From an uncultured bacterium (lineage in GTDB: Bacteria > Patescibacteriota > Saccharimonadia > Saccharimonadales > DATKHC01), in the NCBI GenBank assembly GCA_963699195.1, contig OY969420.1, positions 570,733 to 634,732 of the forward strand: a stretch of 64,000 nt of DNA, in the 5' to 3' direction. This document shows, in pieces, positions 10,369 to 19,545 of the stretch; the first letter of the stretch is position 1, and each line of letters opens with the position of its first letter. The position numbers and the translations under genes were made by a program. The notes beneath the pieces are model-generated. The model saw only the letters and a list, made by a program, of their open reading frames with translations, had not been told where the DNA came from and searched no databases.

Positions 10369-11970
10369 ATGACAGAAAATCTCCGGCAGACCGACGAGGC
10401 GAATACTTTAAAGCGCGCCAGAATACTTGGACTTCAATATATAGATACATCTAGTATCGTTGATAAAAAAATTAATAAGGATTTTTTAACCAACCAAGAA
10501 CTATACAGTTTAAAAGTTGTCCCGATTATTTTTGATGCGCACAATATAACCTTTGGAATCACTAATACCACCTCTCCACGTACTCTAGTTGATCTAAGGA
10601 ATAGATTCCCGGACTTTAACGTTACCTTTGCCTTGATCTCTGACCAGGGCTATGACGATTACATGAGATTGTACGACCCACCCAAACAAGTCGTTTACCA
10701 TAACATTGAAATTAATAAAACAAATGCTGTAGAGCAAGTCAGTTCAATTTCATCTATTCTTGAACAAGTTAAGGCGGACGACATCCTTGCTTATCTAGTA
10801 GAACAGGCGCATAGATTAAATGCTTCAGATATTCATATTGAGACTCAGCTATCATCTGCGAGGGTTAGATTTAGAATTGATGGCGTTCTTCATCCGGTGG
10901 CAGAACTAACTATCGATAAGTACCGAACACTAATTCAATCAATAGCCAGCGCTGGAAATATCTCTACGTCTTCAAGCGAAGCACAACAGGGGCATATTTC
11001 TCAGCAGGTAAGAATGGCTAACAACGCACTAGTTAACATAAACATACGTCTAGAGAGCACCCCAACAATCAATGGCATGGATGTCGTTATGCGACTGTTT
11101 AATATGGACTCAAAGATGTTTACTCTTGATCGATTAGGCTTGTCTCCGGGTCAGCGGGCAGTTGTTGACGATATTATTAAAAAACCAAGTGGGCTTGTTT
11201 TGGTTGTTGGCCCAACTGGATCTGGTAAAACGACTACGCTGTATTCAATACTCAATACTTTATCCAATCCAGAACGTAAGATTATTACTATTGAAGACCC
11301 AGTTGAGTTTCAGTTCCCAGGAGTTACCCAAATATCGGTGACGTCATCGACCGCACAGGAAACAAACTTCGCAAATGGTCTTAGGGCGGTTCTAAGGCTG
11401 GACCCAGATATAGTTATGGTTGGTGAGATTAGGGATAACGATACCGCTAAAACCGCTTTGCAAGCAGCCTTGACCGGTCATTTAGTGCTTTCAACTTTCC
11501 ACGCATCCTCAGCCTCAGCAGCCTTAACTAGGCTGCTGGATATTATTGGTGAAAATCCATTATTTATCTCATCAATAAGATTAGTTATGGCACAACGACT
11601 GATCCGGCGACTTGATGACAAAATAAAGACCCCTTATGTCCCTGATGAAATTCAAATGGCTAAAATTAAGGAAGTAATTGAGAGTCTTCCCGTAAACGTT
11701 CCTAAACCGAGTTTAGATAATCTTCAAATATTTAAAGAGGGACACTCAACTGAGAACCCATATGGTTTTACAGGTCAACTTGCTATACGTGAACAATTCT
11801 TAATGACTGGCGAAATTCTAAAACTACTTCAAACTACAAAAGTCTCAACGACCCAACAAATAGAGCAAGCGGCAATAAATAGCGGGATGCTTACTATGCT
11901 TCAGGATGGAATATTGAAGGTTGTAGCTGGAGAGACTACATTTGAGGAAGTATTTAGAGTAGTTGATTAA
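10369..11970 (+). CDS. pilB: Type IV pilus / type II secretion assembly ATPase (GspE/PilB family)
   Basis: 533-aa ORF. Walker A GPTGSGKTTT, Asp box and Walker B (DPDIVMVGEIRD), His box (TGHLVLSTFH). Confidence 0.85.
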   Translation: MTENLRQTDEANTLKRARILGLQYIDTSSIVDKKINKDFLTNQELYSLKVVPIIFDAHNITFGITNTTSPRTLVDLRNRFPDFNVTFALISDQGYDDYMRLYDPPKQVVYHNIEINKTNAVEQVSSISSILEQVKADDILAYLVEQAHRLNASDIHIETQLSSARVRFRIDGVLHPVAELTIDKYRTLIQSIASAGNISTSSSEAQQGHISQQVRMANNALVNINIRLESTPTINGMDVVMRLFNMDSKMFTLDRLGLSPGQRAVVDDIIKKPSGLVLVVGPTGSGKTTTLYSILNTLSNPERKIITIEDPVEFQFPGVTQISVTSSTAQETNFANGLRAVLRLDPDIVMVGEIRDNDTAKTALQAALTGHLVLSTFHASSASAALTRLLDIIGENPLFISSIRLVMAQRLIRRLDDKIKTPYVPDEIQMAKIKEVIESLPVNVPKPSLDNLQIFKEGHSTENPYGFTGQLAIREQFLMTGEILKLLQTTKVSTTQQIEQAAINSGMLTMLQDGILKVVAGETTFEEVFRVVD

Positions 11971-12001
11971 GCTTATAATCACCGCGTACTTGCATATGAT
12001 C

Positions 12002-12028
12002 AGTATGTATAGTATGATAAGTATGTAA
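12002..12028 (+). promoter_or_regulatory. Three tandem 9-bp direct repeats (AGTATGNAN) abutting the start codon of the AbrB-like gene
   Basis: AGTATGTAT AGTATGATA AGTATGTAA followed by TG, read directly. A TATAAT box lies at 11974-11979. Function as an operator is inference only. Confidence 0.3.
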
Positions 12029-12306
12029 TGGATAAAACTGACTCAATCAAACCAGATTTCTTTGGTATCACTACGGTTGCAGAACGTGGGCAAGTGGTAA
12101 TACCCAAGGAAGCACGTGATGCACTAGCTCTGGCTGCTGGAGATAAGTTAGTAGTCCTTCCCAGCAAAAGAGGTGACGGGATACTTCTGATGAAGGAAGC
12201 AGATATAAAAAAGATTGCTCAGCAAATGAGCGAAAAGGCCGATCATATAATTGAAAGGTCTAAAAAACTTCAACAAAAATTAGAGGAAGCAGAAGACGAC
12301 AAATAG
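12028..12306 (+). CDS. AbrB/SpoVT/MazE-type DNA-binding domain protein
   Basis: 92-aa ORF. N-terminal swapped-hairpin motif (TVAERGQVVIPKEARDALALAAGDKLVV) and an acidic coiled-coil tail. Confidence 0.7.
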   Translation: MDKTDSIKPDFFGITTVAERGQVVIPKEARDALALAAGDKLVVLPSKRGDGILLMKEADIKKIAQQMSEKADHIIERSKKLQQKLEEAEDDK

Positions 12307-12318
12307 TTAACTTAAAAT

Positions 12319-14007
12319 ATGTCAAAGCCAAACATAGTACCAAAAGATAATTACAAATGGACCGCTCTTGCTAACACGACAATGGGCGTTATTATGGCTA
12401 CCATTGATTCCTCGATAATGCTAATTGCATTGCCAAATATATTTAGAGGTATCAAATTAAACCCGTTATTGCCCGGCAACAGTTTTTATTTACTTTGGTT
12501 AATTCTAAGTTTCCTGATTGTCAGTAGCGTATTAGTAGTCAGCTTCGGACGTCTAGGAGATATGTACGGTAGGGTAAAAATGTATACGTTAGGATTTGCT
12601 ATATACACACTCTCCTCGATTATGTTGACCATAACATGGATGGACGGAACGCACGCTGCCCTTTATCTTGTAATTATGAGAGTATTCCAAGGAGTTGGTG
12701 CGGCCTTTTTACTTGCAAATTCTGGAGCTATTTTAACTGATGCATTCCCGCCAAACCAGCGAGGACTGGCACTTGGAATTAATAATGTGGCTGCAATCAG
12801 TGGTGTGTTTATTGGCTTGATACTAGGTGGTATTCTTGGCCCAATTGATTGGCGATTAATATTCCTTGTATCAGTGCCATTTGGCATAGCAGGAACACTA
12901 TGGTCCCATTACAAACTCGTTGATAAACATGACACAAAGTCTGGGGGCGGTATTGACTGGCCAGGTAACATTACTTTTGCCATTGGTTTAATACTTGTAA
13001 TGATAGGTATTACTTATGGAATTGAACCGCACGCTGGTCATACTATGGGCTGGACAGGCCCGGCCGTCATTACTGAGTTGTCTGCCGGTATTGCGTTCTT
13101 AATTGCATTCGCCTTTATTGAGTTAAACGTTAAAGAACCAATGTTTAGGTTGCATTTGTTTAAAATTAGAGCTTTTACGGCTGGTGTGTTTTCAAGTTTT
13201 CTTGCGGCAATTGCTCGTGGCGGGCTTATGTTTATGTTAATTATTTGGCTACAAGGTATATGGTTGCCTCAACATGGATATAGTTTTGAGAGAACCCCAC
13301 TTTGGGCGGGAATATTTATGCTACCACTAACGGCTGGATTTCTAATAGCAGGGCCAATATCCGGTATTTTATCTGATAAATATGGAGCACGGCCATTTGC
13401 TACGGCAGGAATGATTGGGTCCGCAATATCTTTTATTCTTCTAGATCTTATGCCAATCAATTTTAATTATATGGCCTTTGGAGCAATCTTACTTTTGAAT
13501 GGTTTATCTATGGGCTTTTTTGCTGCACCAAATCGTGCTGGAGTTATGAATAGTTTGCCGGCTAAAGACAGAGGAGCTGGCGGTGGAATGAATGCAACAT
13601 TTCAGAATTCCGCCCAAGTTCTATCAATCGGTATATTCTTTACATTAATGATCGTCGGTTTAGCGGCTTCATTGCCTGGAAGATTATATGCTGGGCTTAC
13701 TGCTCACGGAGTCTCGGCTGCAGCGGCTGCGGGAGTTGCGCATTTGCCACCAGTATCGGTTCTATTTGCGGCCTTTTTAGGATACAACCCCATTCAAGAG
13801 CTTCTTAAGCCTGCAGTCTTAAATTCTATGAGTGCGCAAAATAGGGCCATTGTTGTAGGCCACGGATTCTTCCCTAATCTTATAAGTTACTCATTTAGAG
13901 CAGGGCTTCATGAAGCGTTTGCTTTTGCTATCTTTGCTTGTTTAATTGCGGCGGCAGCATCTTGGCTTAGAGGCAAGAGATATGTTGATGGAGAAATTGC
14001 AAGCTAA
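12319..14007 (+). CDS. MFS transporter, DHA2 (EmrB/QacA-like, 14-TMS) family
   Basis: 562-aa highly hydrophobic ORF. MFS motif GRLGDMYGRVKMY after TM2. Length and TM count fit DHA2. Confidence 0.85.
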   Translation: MSKPNIVPKDNYKWTALANTTMGVIMATIDSSIMLIALPNIFRGIKLNPLLPGNSFYLLWLILSFLIVSSVLVVSFGRLGDMYGRVKMYTLGFAIYTLSSIMLTITWMDGTHAALYLVIMRVFQGVGAAFLLANSGAILTDAFPPNQRGLALGINNVAAISGVFIGLILGGILGPIDWRLIFLVSVPFGIAGTLWSHYKLVDKHDTKSGGGIDWPGNITFAIGLILVMIGITYGIEPHAGHTMGWTGPAVITELSAGIAFLIAFAFIELNVKEPMFRLHLFKIRAFTAGVFSSFLAAIARGGLMFMLIIWLQGIWLPQHGYSFERTPLWAGIFMLPLTAGFLIAGPISGILSDKYGARPFATAGMIGSAISFILLDLMPINFNYMAFGAILLLNGLSMGFFAAPNRAGVMNSLPAKDRGAGGGMNATFQNSAQVLSIGIFFTLMIVGLAASLPGRLYAGLTAHGVSAAAAAGVAHLPPVSVLFAAFLGYNPIQELLKPAVLNSMSAQNRAIVVGHGFFPNLISYSFRAGLHEAFAFAIFACLIAAAASWLRGKRYVDGEIAS

Positions 14008-14258
14008 AAGAGCTTGAACATATCCTTAAAAGCGGATTTAACTTCCTTAAAGTCATCAACAAAAGAACTAAGCTCTTCTTTAGTATCAATTACTTCTTTT
14101 TTTAAATCCGTAGCGAGAGTGGTTATGTCATCTTTGGCAGTATTAAATTCTTTTTTCATGGCCGGTAGTTCATCTTTAACAAATTTATTAATGCCATCTA
14201 TACTGGCTGTGACTAGGTTGTCGTCATCACTAGATTTGTTATCGTCTGTATCACTCAT
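14004..14258 (-). CDS. Hypothetical small acidic coiled-coil protein
   Basis: 84-aa ORF, convergent with the MFS gene and overlapping it by 4 nt. The opposite-strand ORF 14014..14283 is Ser/Leu-rich and looks like an antisense artefact. Confidence 0.4.
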   Translation of the reverse strand: MSDTDDNKSSDDDNLVTASIDGINKFVKDELPAMKKEFNTAKDDITTLATDLKKEVIDTKEELSSFVDDFKEVKSAFKDMFKLF

Positions 14259-14269
14259 TCTATTATGTT

Positions 14270-14293
14270 ATGCCTATGGTTAGGTTCTTGCAA
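14270..14293 (+). repeat. Possible degenerate copy (R0) of the cassette-boundary repeat, variant B
   Basis: ATGCCTATGGTTAGGTTCTTGCAA compared with ATAGGCTATGGTACAGGTTCAGAACA gives about 17 of 26 matches by hand alignment. Confidence 0.3.
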
Positions 14294-14388
14294 GCAAGTA
14301 AATAATATGTGCTAGATTGGGTCAATACTCAATAAATATACTAGCACCATAGAGCGACAATGCCATTACAGCAAGTAAATAGCGAGAA

Positions 14389-14409
14389 CATCCAGTCCGA
14401 GTTCCAAAC
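14389..14409 (+). repeat. Cassette-boundary repeat R1 (right half only)
   Basis: CATCCAGTCCGAGTTCCAAAC matches the right arm of the consensus. Confidence 0.65.
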
Positions 14410-14455
14410 TCTATAGTTCAGACTTCTCGTATATTTTGCTAGAATTTAGGAATAA

Positions 14456-14827
14456 TTGTATAATATGAATATGGATAGACTGCCAGACCCTAACGATTTA
14501 TCAATTGCCGCTATACATGCAAGAGTAGAGGCTGATAGACCAGCCTTAATGGCTCGCCTTGAACACGCCAGACAACATGAACTACCAGCTATAAGAGCTA
14601 GGATAGAGGCAGACAGGCCCGCTCTAATGGAACGTATAGAATGGGCAAGACAACATGAACTACCAGCTATACGCGAACGTATAGAAGCCGATCGAGCTGC
14701 TAGAGGTCTTACTAGTAGCAGTACTGCCATTAGTGCATCTGAAGCTTTTGCCGAGGCACAAGCTCATACTAGTCGAGCAAGCGCAGGTTTAAGCGTTGCT
14801 AGAACTGTAATGAATTTTTTGCGTTAA
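14456..14827 (+). CDS. Hypothetical protein containing 2.4 tandem 26-aa repeats
   Basis: 123-aa ORF. Units are HARVEADRPALMARLEHARQHELPAI, then RARIEADRPALMERIEWARQHELPAI, then RERIEADRAARG. The antisense ORF 14446..14730 is also open, so strand choice is uncertain. Confidence 0.45.
   Translation: MYNMNMDRLPDPNDLSIAAIHARVEADRPALMARLEHARQHELPAIRARIEADRPALMERIEWARQHELPAIRERIEADRAARGLTSSSTAISASEAFAEAQAHTSRASAGLSVARTVMNFLR
14516..14704 (+). repeat. 78-nt tandem repeat, about 2.4 units, inside the ORF
   Basis: CAACATGAACTACCAGCTATA recurs at 14573 and 14651, giving a 78-nt period. The units differ by scattered substitutions. Confidence 0.85.
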
Positions 14828-14862
14828 GTTAAATAATCACGCGACAAATATTTAAAATTTAT

Positions 14863-14895
14863 CTGGGCATCCAATCCGAGTTACGAACCGCTTTG
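14863..14895 (+). repeat. Cassette-boundary repeat R2
   Basis: CTGGGCATCCAATCCGAGTTACGAACCGCTTTG. It begins 36 nt after the stop of ORF 14456..14827 and ends 25 nt before the stop of minus-strand ORF 14920..15171. Confidence 0.8.
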
Positions 14896-14919
14896 TATAA
14901 TTCGTGAGTTGTTAGTTTT

Positions 14920-15171
14920 CTATGCTGCTTCTAGATGAGTAACCCGTTGTTCGAGTTTGTTATGTTGGGCTGTTTGCTCAATAATTGCCGCCTGCATCGC
15001 TGGAATCAAGTCAGTTTTTGTCTCTATTCTTTCAACTCTACCCTTTATATCTATCACATTATCATTTACTACTGACACTGCTTCAACCAATCCGTCAATT
15101 TTGCCCCTCATACCTTCTAGTAGAACTTCTGTATAATTTGGTGGGTTATTGTCTTTGGGCATATCATTCAT
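14920..15171 (-). CDS. Hypothetical small coiled-coil protein
   Basis: 83-aa ORF with a heptad-like sequence. No family recognised. Confidence 0.4.
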   Translation of the reverse strand: MNDMPKDNNPPNYTEVLLEGMRGKIDGLVEAVSVVNDNVIDIKGRVERIETKTDLIPAMQAAIIEQTAQHNKLEQRVTHLEAA

Positions 15172-15278
15172 GTTCTAGTTATTCATAGTGTATTCTATCA
15201 TAAGCTTTGCTTGAGCTTAACTCCTATATTTAAACGCCTAAACTATAGCATAAAAGGTTTGATTTAGCAGCCCTTAAC

Positions 15279-15323
15279 CTGCTTATGCTTGGCTGGGTAT
15301 AGGCTATGTCACAACTTCAGAAC
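15279..15323 (+). repeat. Cassette-boundary repeat R3 (full length, variant B-like)
   Basis: CTGCTTATGCTTGGCTGGGTATAGGCTATGTCACAACTTCAGAAC. It ends about 12 nt from the racemase stop codon. Confidence 0.85.
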
Positions 15324-15334
15324 AATTTAACTCC

Positions 15335-16024
15335 TTAGCTGTAACAGAATTCGGTAATACCGTCAGCCAATATCTCATCGGAGCTTAATATGCGCTTTCC
15401 AAGAGCCTCATAGTCTAAAACAAGGGGTAATTCAGTGCAACCAAGAATAATGGCATCAGCACCCTGATCTAACATTGACGATAGAACTTCAACATATCCT
15501 GAACGATTTGGGATCTCGCTACTTCCTGCTATAACACTACGGATAACGTTGTCACATATCTCAATCTGTTCTTCAGATGGTTTAATTAGTTCAATGTTCT
15601 TCTGTTTGAGTGATTCATCATACAATCCGGAGCTAAGTAGAACAGGCGTACCAAGTAATGCTATCTTTGAGTAACCAAATTCCTTACATTTGTCACCAAC
15701 AAGCTCAACCATAGATATAAATGGGATACTAACCTCATCTTTAATATCATTTAATAGTACGTGAACGGTATTACTTCCAATACATAAAGCTAAACAACCA
15801 GCTTTCTCTAAGCCCTTTGCAGATTCTATTAGCATTTGCTTTGCTTCTTCTAGATGCTCTTTACTTGATATGAAATCAGGTACGGGAACAGAAGCTATGA
15901 CTAGATCTGGATAATCATCATTATTCTTGGCATTATGGTTACGTTGGGCTGACGCTATAATCTTTTGATATATAAAAGCTGTAGCCTGTGGTCCTACACC
16001 CCCTAGTATTCCTATTTTCTTCAT
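15335..16024 (-). CDS. Aspartate/glutamate racemase family protein
   Basis: 229-aa ORF. GILGGVGPQAT N-terminus and two catalytic-Cys contexts (LCIGSNTVH, ILGCTELPLV). Confidence 0.85.
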   Translation of the reverse strand: MKKIGILGGVGPQATAFIYQKIIASAQRNHNAKNNDDYPDLVIASVPVPDFISSKEHLEEAKQMLIESAKGLEKAGCLALCIGSNTVHVLLNDIKDEVSIPFISMVELVGDKCKEFGYSKIALLGTPVLLSSGLYDESLKQKNIELIKPSEEQIEICDNVIRSVIAGSSEIPNRSGYVEVLSSMLDQGADAIILGCTELPLVLDYEALGKRILSSDEILADGITEFCYS

Positions 16025-17052
16025 TTACTAATGATAACAAAGTCAGCAAATTTTTCGGGGTGATATTTTTCCTGGTATTTTAAATCGTTCTCTGCCCAAA
16101 GATCCCACATCTTTGCATTTTCATTACTTCCGTCTCTTGCATGACCTCGTTCTTTAGCTATTGCCATAGGTGTATCTATCCATATCTTGAAATCATAATA
16201 TTTGGCAATATCCGGATGGTAACAAGAAATGCCCTCAATAATCAGATAGTCTACCTTTGATACAGTTATTGGTTCGCTTAGTGTATTGGTTTGCCATATA
16301 AGTTTCTGATAACTAATTGGTTTATTAATGGTGGCAGGGATAAGTACTTGTTTTTCTAGCCTATTACGATCAAAACCGCCTTTATCCCAAGAATCTTCAT
16401 TTATCTTTTCTTTAACTATAAAGTCATCAATGCTAATAACGTAGGCATTAACCAGTCTATTATTTAGTTCATTAGCGAAAGTTGTTTTACCTGAACCGCC
16501 ATATCCTTCTATGCCTATCAGTACTGGCTTATTCTCTAGGTTAGAATTCGTAACAGCTTTAACTACTTGATCTAATGAACTCTCCTTAATAGTTAATAAG
16601 ATCTTCTCAACAGTTTCTTCTAGGCTTATCGCGGAATTGTTTATTACTTTACCGAAATCAGGATTGGCAATTCCTGTATCGTAATGATGTTTGACCCTGT
16701 TAACTTCCCATTCAGTTAACTCTCTGTTTCCTCTGTTTGATTGAGCCACATCAATTCTTGGTGCTAGGGTTACAAAAATAGTATTTTTATCTTTTAGGCT
16801 ATCTATTATCTGATAATAATCTTCTTTTCCAATCACATAGCTAACAACCACGGAATGTCCACTCTCAGTTAATTTATTTATGTCTTCAACTGCTAACGCA
16901 ATACCTTTTGATATGTCTTTTGATAAATCAAAGTTCGGAATTCTGTCGTTTACGTCATCAATATCCATAAACTTAGCATTCAATTTTTTAGCTAAAGCTC
17001 TGCCTGTTGTTGTTTTACCGGAGTTTATACTCCCGCTTATGAAAATTACCAT
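16021..17052 (-). CDS. Fusion of two P-loop kinase-like domains (AAA_33/CPT-like N-terminal, uridine-kinase/PRK-like C-terminal)
   Basis: 343-aa ORF with two Walker A motifs (GSINSGKTTTG and GYGGSGKTTFA). The second half has a PRK-like IIEGI motif. Its stop overlaps the racemase start (ATGA). Confidence 0.65.
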   Translation of the reverse strand: MVIFISGSINSGKTTTGRALAKKLNAKFMDIDDVNDRIPNFDLSKDISKGIALAVEDINKLTESGHSVVVSYVIGKEDYYQIIDSLKDKNTIFVTLAPRIDVAQSNRGNRELTEWEVNRVKHHYDTGIANPDFGKVINNSAISLEETVEKILLTIKESSLDQVVKAVTNSNLENKPVLIGIEGYGGSGKTTFANELNNRLVNAYVISIDDFIVKEKINEDSWDKGGFDRNRLEKQVLIPATINKPISYQKLIWQTNTLSEPITVSKVDYLIIEGISCYHPDIAKYYDFKIWIDTPMAIAKERGHARDGSNENAKMWDLWAENDLKYQEKYHPEKFADFVIISK

Positions 17053-17076
17053 TGTCTAATAATACCAAACGAACCC

Positions 17077-19041
17077 CTACTTACTTTTAGCTAGTAGGTT
17101 TTCTCTCATTTCTTTAAATCTTTGTTTGTCAACTTCGGCTTTATTATTAGGCATAGTGTCTTTAGGCTTCTTATTTATTACATTAACAACTGGAATAACT
17201 ATTGGACTATGACCAGTATTATCAAAAAGGAAGTGGGTAGCAAAATCTCTAATTTCTATCTTAAACCTGTCATTGTCTATACGTTTAAATCTTTGCTGAA
17301 CCGCTCTTGCTAGTTCTGAGCGAAACAGCTTCATGAGTTCTGTTGAATCACGCATGGCAATAAATCCTCGACTTATAATGTCTGGACTACTGAGTAATTT
17401 GCCGGACTTACTATCTATAGTTAGAACTAACGCTAATATTCCTTCTTCGCTAAGCATTAAACGGTCTTTAAGGACAACTCCATTTACGATTGATCCAGTT
17501 TGATCTACTAGTAGACTTCCATCTGAGATCTTCTCACCAGGTTCTACGGAATGCTTAGTGAAATAAAAACTGTCTCCATTGTCTGGCAGAAGTACCTTAT
17601 TTCTGGCTACACCTTCTTCTATGCCAAGCTCAGCGTGATATCTACGTTTAAGTGTACCGGCGTGAACTGGTATGAAGAACTCAGGTCTTGTTAGTTGCAA
17701 CATTTCCCTCAGCTCATCTCTCCTAGCATGCCCTGATACGTGTAGGGGTCCACAACCATCTAATTCATGGGTGGGATGACGAAAAAGAAACACACCCTTA
17801 CTACTCAATCTGTTACTAATTTGATCATAAGATATTTCGTTTCCGGGTATAGGGGATGAACTGATTACTACTGTGTCACCCTGTTTTAGGTTTATGTACT
17901 TATGTTCACCTTGACTCATACGCTGAAGTGCGGCATTGGGTTCGCCTTGACCACCAGTACACATAACAAGTAGTTTATTCTCGTCTATATTGGCGGTTTC
18001 TTGCATTGGTATAATAGAGCCTTTAGGTACTTTTAAAACCCCTTGGCGAACAGCAATCTCAATGTAGCCAAGCATGCTTCGTCCATCTAAGCTGACTTTG
18101 CGTCCTGATGCTACTGCAGCGTCAATTATCATTTGAATACGGTTAATGTTACTAGAAAAACTGGCTACCATTATCCGTCCTGGTGAATTAGTTATAATGT
18201 CATGAAAACTCTTTTGAAGTGTATGTTCTGTTGGTGTTCTTCCTTCTGAATCAGCATAACTACTGTCACTCATTAGTAGCAGCACTCCTTCATCACCGAG
18301 TTGTTTCAAGCGAGTCTTATCACTGGTTTGATTATCTAATGGTTCTGGATCAAGACGAAAATCACCAGTAGCAATTATTCGACCAACCGGTGTATCTATA
18401 CAAATAGCTGTTGGATCGGGAATAGAATGAGTAACCCGAATGAACTCAATAAAGAATTCGCCAATCTTCAATCTTTCGTGATTATCGATGTTTACTATAT
18501 TAAGCGCTGGTTTAAAATTAGCGTCTGAGCTAAGAATATCTTCAAAGTTCCTCTCAATTACTCCAATAGTATATCTAGAACCGTATATAGGTGCTGGATA
18601 CTTGTGTACGGTATGTTTTAGTCCACCAATATGATCTAAATGCCCATGTGTGATTACATAAGCTTTAATTTTGTGCTTAATAGTGTCAAGGTAGGCGGTA
18701 TCGTTTATGGCGTAGTTAATGCCCGGCAAGTCTATGCTCAGGTCAATACCGCAATCAAGCACTAAAGCCTGGTTTTGATATTCAATAATTGCCATGTTCT
18801 TCTCGCCTACGTCTTCAAGACCACCCAAGAAAGTGATCTTTAGTTTATTAAATTTATCCGTAATGACGTTGGATTTCTGACTTTTATTAATTGTAGAGTC
18901 ACTATATTTGCTGACAATCTTTTCAGCATCATCAGTTGTGCGTCTCTGTGCTCTAATAGCAGCTCCACGTGTCTTCTTAGACGGCTTTGTATTGGCTATT
19001 GAGTTAACATTAGCCGGATTTGGTTTATGATTTTGATTCAT
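17077..19041 (-). CDS. rnj: Ribonuclease J
   Basis: 654-aa intact ORF. Metallo-beta-lactamase motif HGHLDHIGG, beta-CASP and C-terminal domain. Basic N-terminal extension. Confidence 0.9.
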   Translation of the reverse strand: MNQNHKPNPANVNSIANTKPSKKTRGAAIRAQRRTTDDAEKIVSKYSDSTINKSQKSNVITDKFNKLKITFLGGLEDVGEKNMAIIEYQNQALVLDCGIDLSIDLPGINYAINDTAYLDTIKHKIKAYVITHGHLDHIGGLKHTVHKYPAPIYGSRYTIGVIERNFEDILSSDANFKPALNIVNIDNHERLKIGEFFIEFIRVTHSIPDPTAICIDTPVGRIIATGDFRLDPEPLDNQTSDKTRLKQLGDEGVLLLMSDSSYADSEGRTPTEHTLQKSFHDIITNSPGRIMVASFSSNINRIQMIIDAAVASGRKVSLDGRSMLGYIEIAVRQGVLKVPKGSIIPMQETANIDENKLLVMCTGGQGEPNAALQRMSQGEHKYINLKQGDTVVISSSPIPGNEISYDQISNRLSSKGVFLFRHPTHELDGCGPLHVSGHARRDELREMLQLTRPEFFIPVHAGTLKRRYHAELGIEEGVARNKVLLPDNGDSFYFTKHSVEPGEKISDGSLLVDQTGSIVNGVVLKDRLMLSEEGILALVLTIDSKSGKLLSSPDIISRGFIAMRDSTELMKLFRSELARAVQQRFKRIDNDRFKIEIRDFATHFLFDNTGHSPIVIPVVNVINKKPKDTMPNNKAEVDKQRFKEMRENLLAKSK

Positions 19042-19321
19042 ATATTTCCTTTTATTATTTTTTAGTTAAATTATTAAAATTTTGATTAGCCCATGACTTA
19101 ATCGCCATATAGCTAAAAAGAATTGAAATTTCTTGTTAAGACTTAGTTATAGAAAGGTACTGATTGGGACTCCAAAAGGGTTGAAGTGGTTCATTTATCA
19201 AGAGAAAATAACTTAGTGAACACTATTATAGCAAATAATAATGCTAATGTCAATAGCCTAATCTGTTAGTGGCTAAACCTATCTCTACATAGATACTTTT
19301 CATTTCTGTTAACATAAGTTA

Positions 19322-19495
19322 ATGAAAATAGATAACATAAAGAAGCTCTATATAGCCAACTTTCTTACGGGTTTTGTCTTCTGGTATGGCATAGAGAAAT
19401 TATTCCTAAAGTCACTTGGTATAAGTACAGTTGGCATTGCCGTTAATGCTATTGCATTCATAGTTATATCAGTAATATTTAATGTCCCAACTGGC
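19322..19495 (+). pseudogene. 5' fragment of a membrane (MFS-like) transporter gene, truncated at repeat R4
   Basis: The first ~58 codons encode two hydrophobic helices (YIANFLTGFVFWYGIEKLF; VGIAVNAIAFIVISVIF). From 19496 the reading frame runs into the repeat and becomes non-membrane junk. Confidence 0.5.
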
Positions 19496-19525
19496 ATAGG
19501 CTATGGTACAGGTTCAGAACATTTT
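19491..19525 (+). repeat. Cassette-boundary repeat R4 (variant B, right part)
   Basis: CTGGCATAGGCTATGGTACAGGTTCAGAACATTTT. The 26-mer at 19496-19521 is identical to those at 20160 and 23419. Confidence 0.85.
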
Positions 19526-19545
19526 AGGTTGTATAATATGTTCAT

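Noticed and set aside
14516-14704. A template/variable repeat pair of a diversity-generating retroelement
   Set aside because: The copies are adjacent in-frame tandem units. The differences are not restricted to adenine positions. No reverse transcriptase is present in the window.
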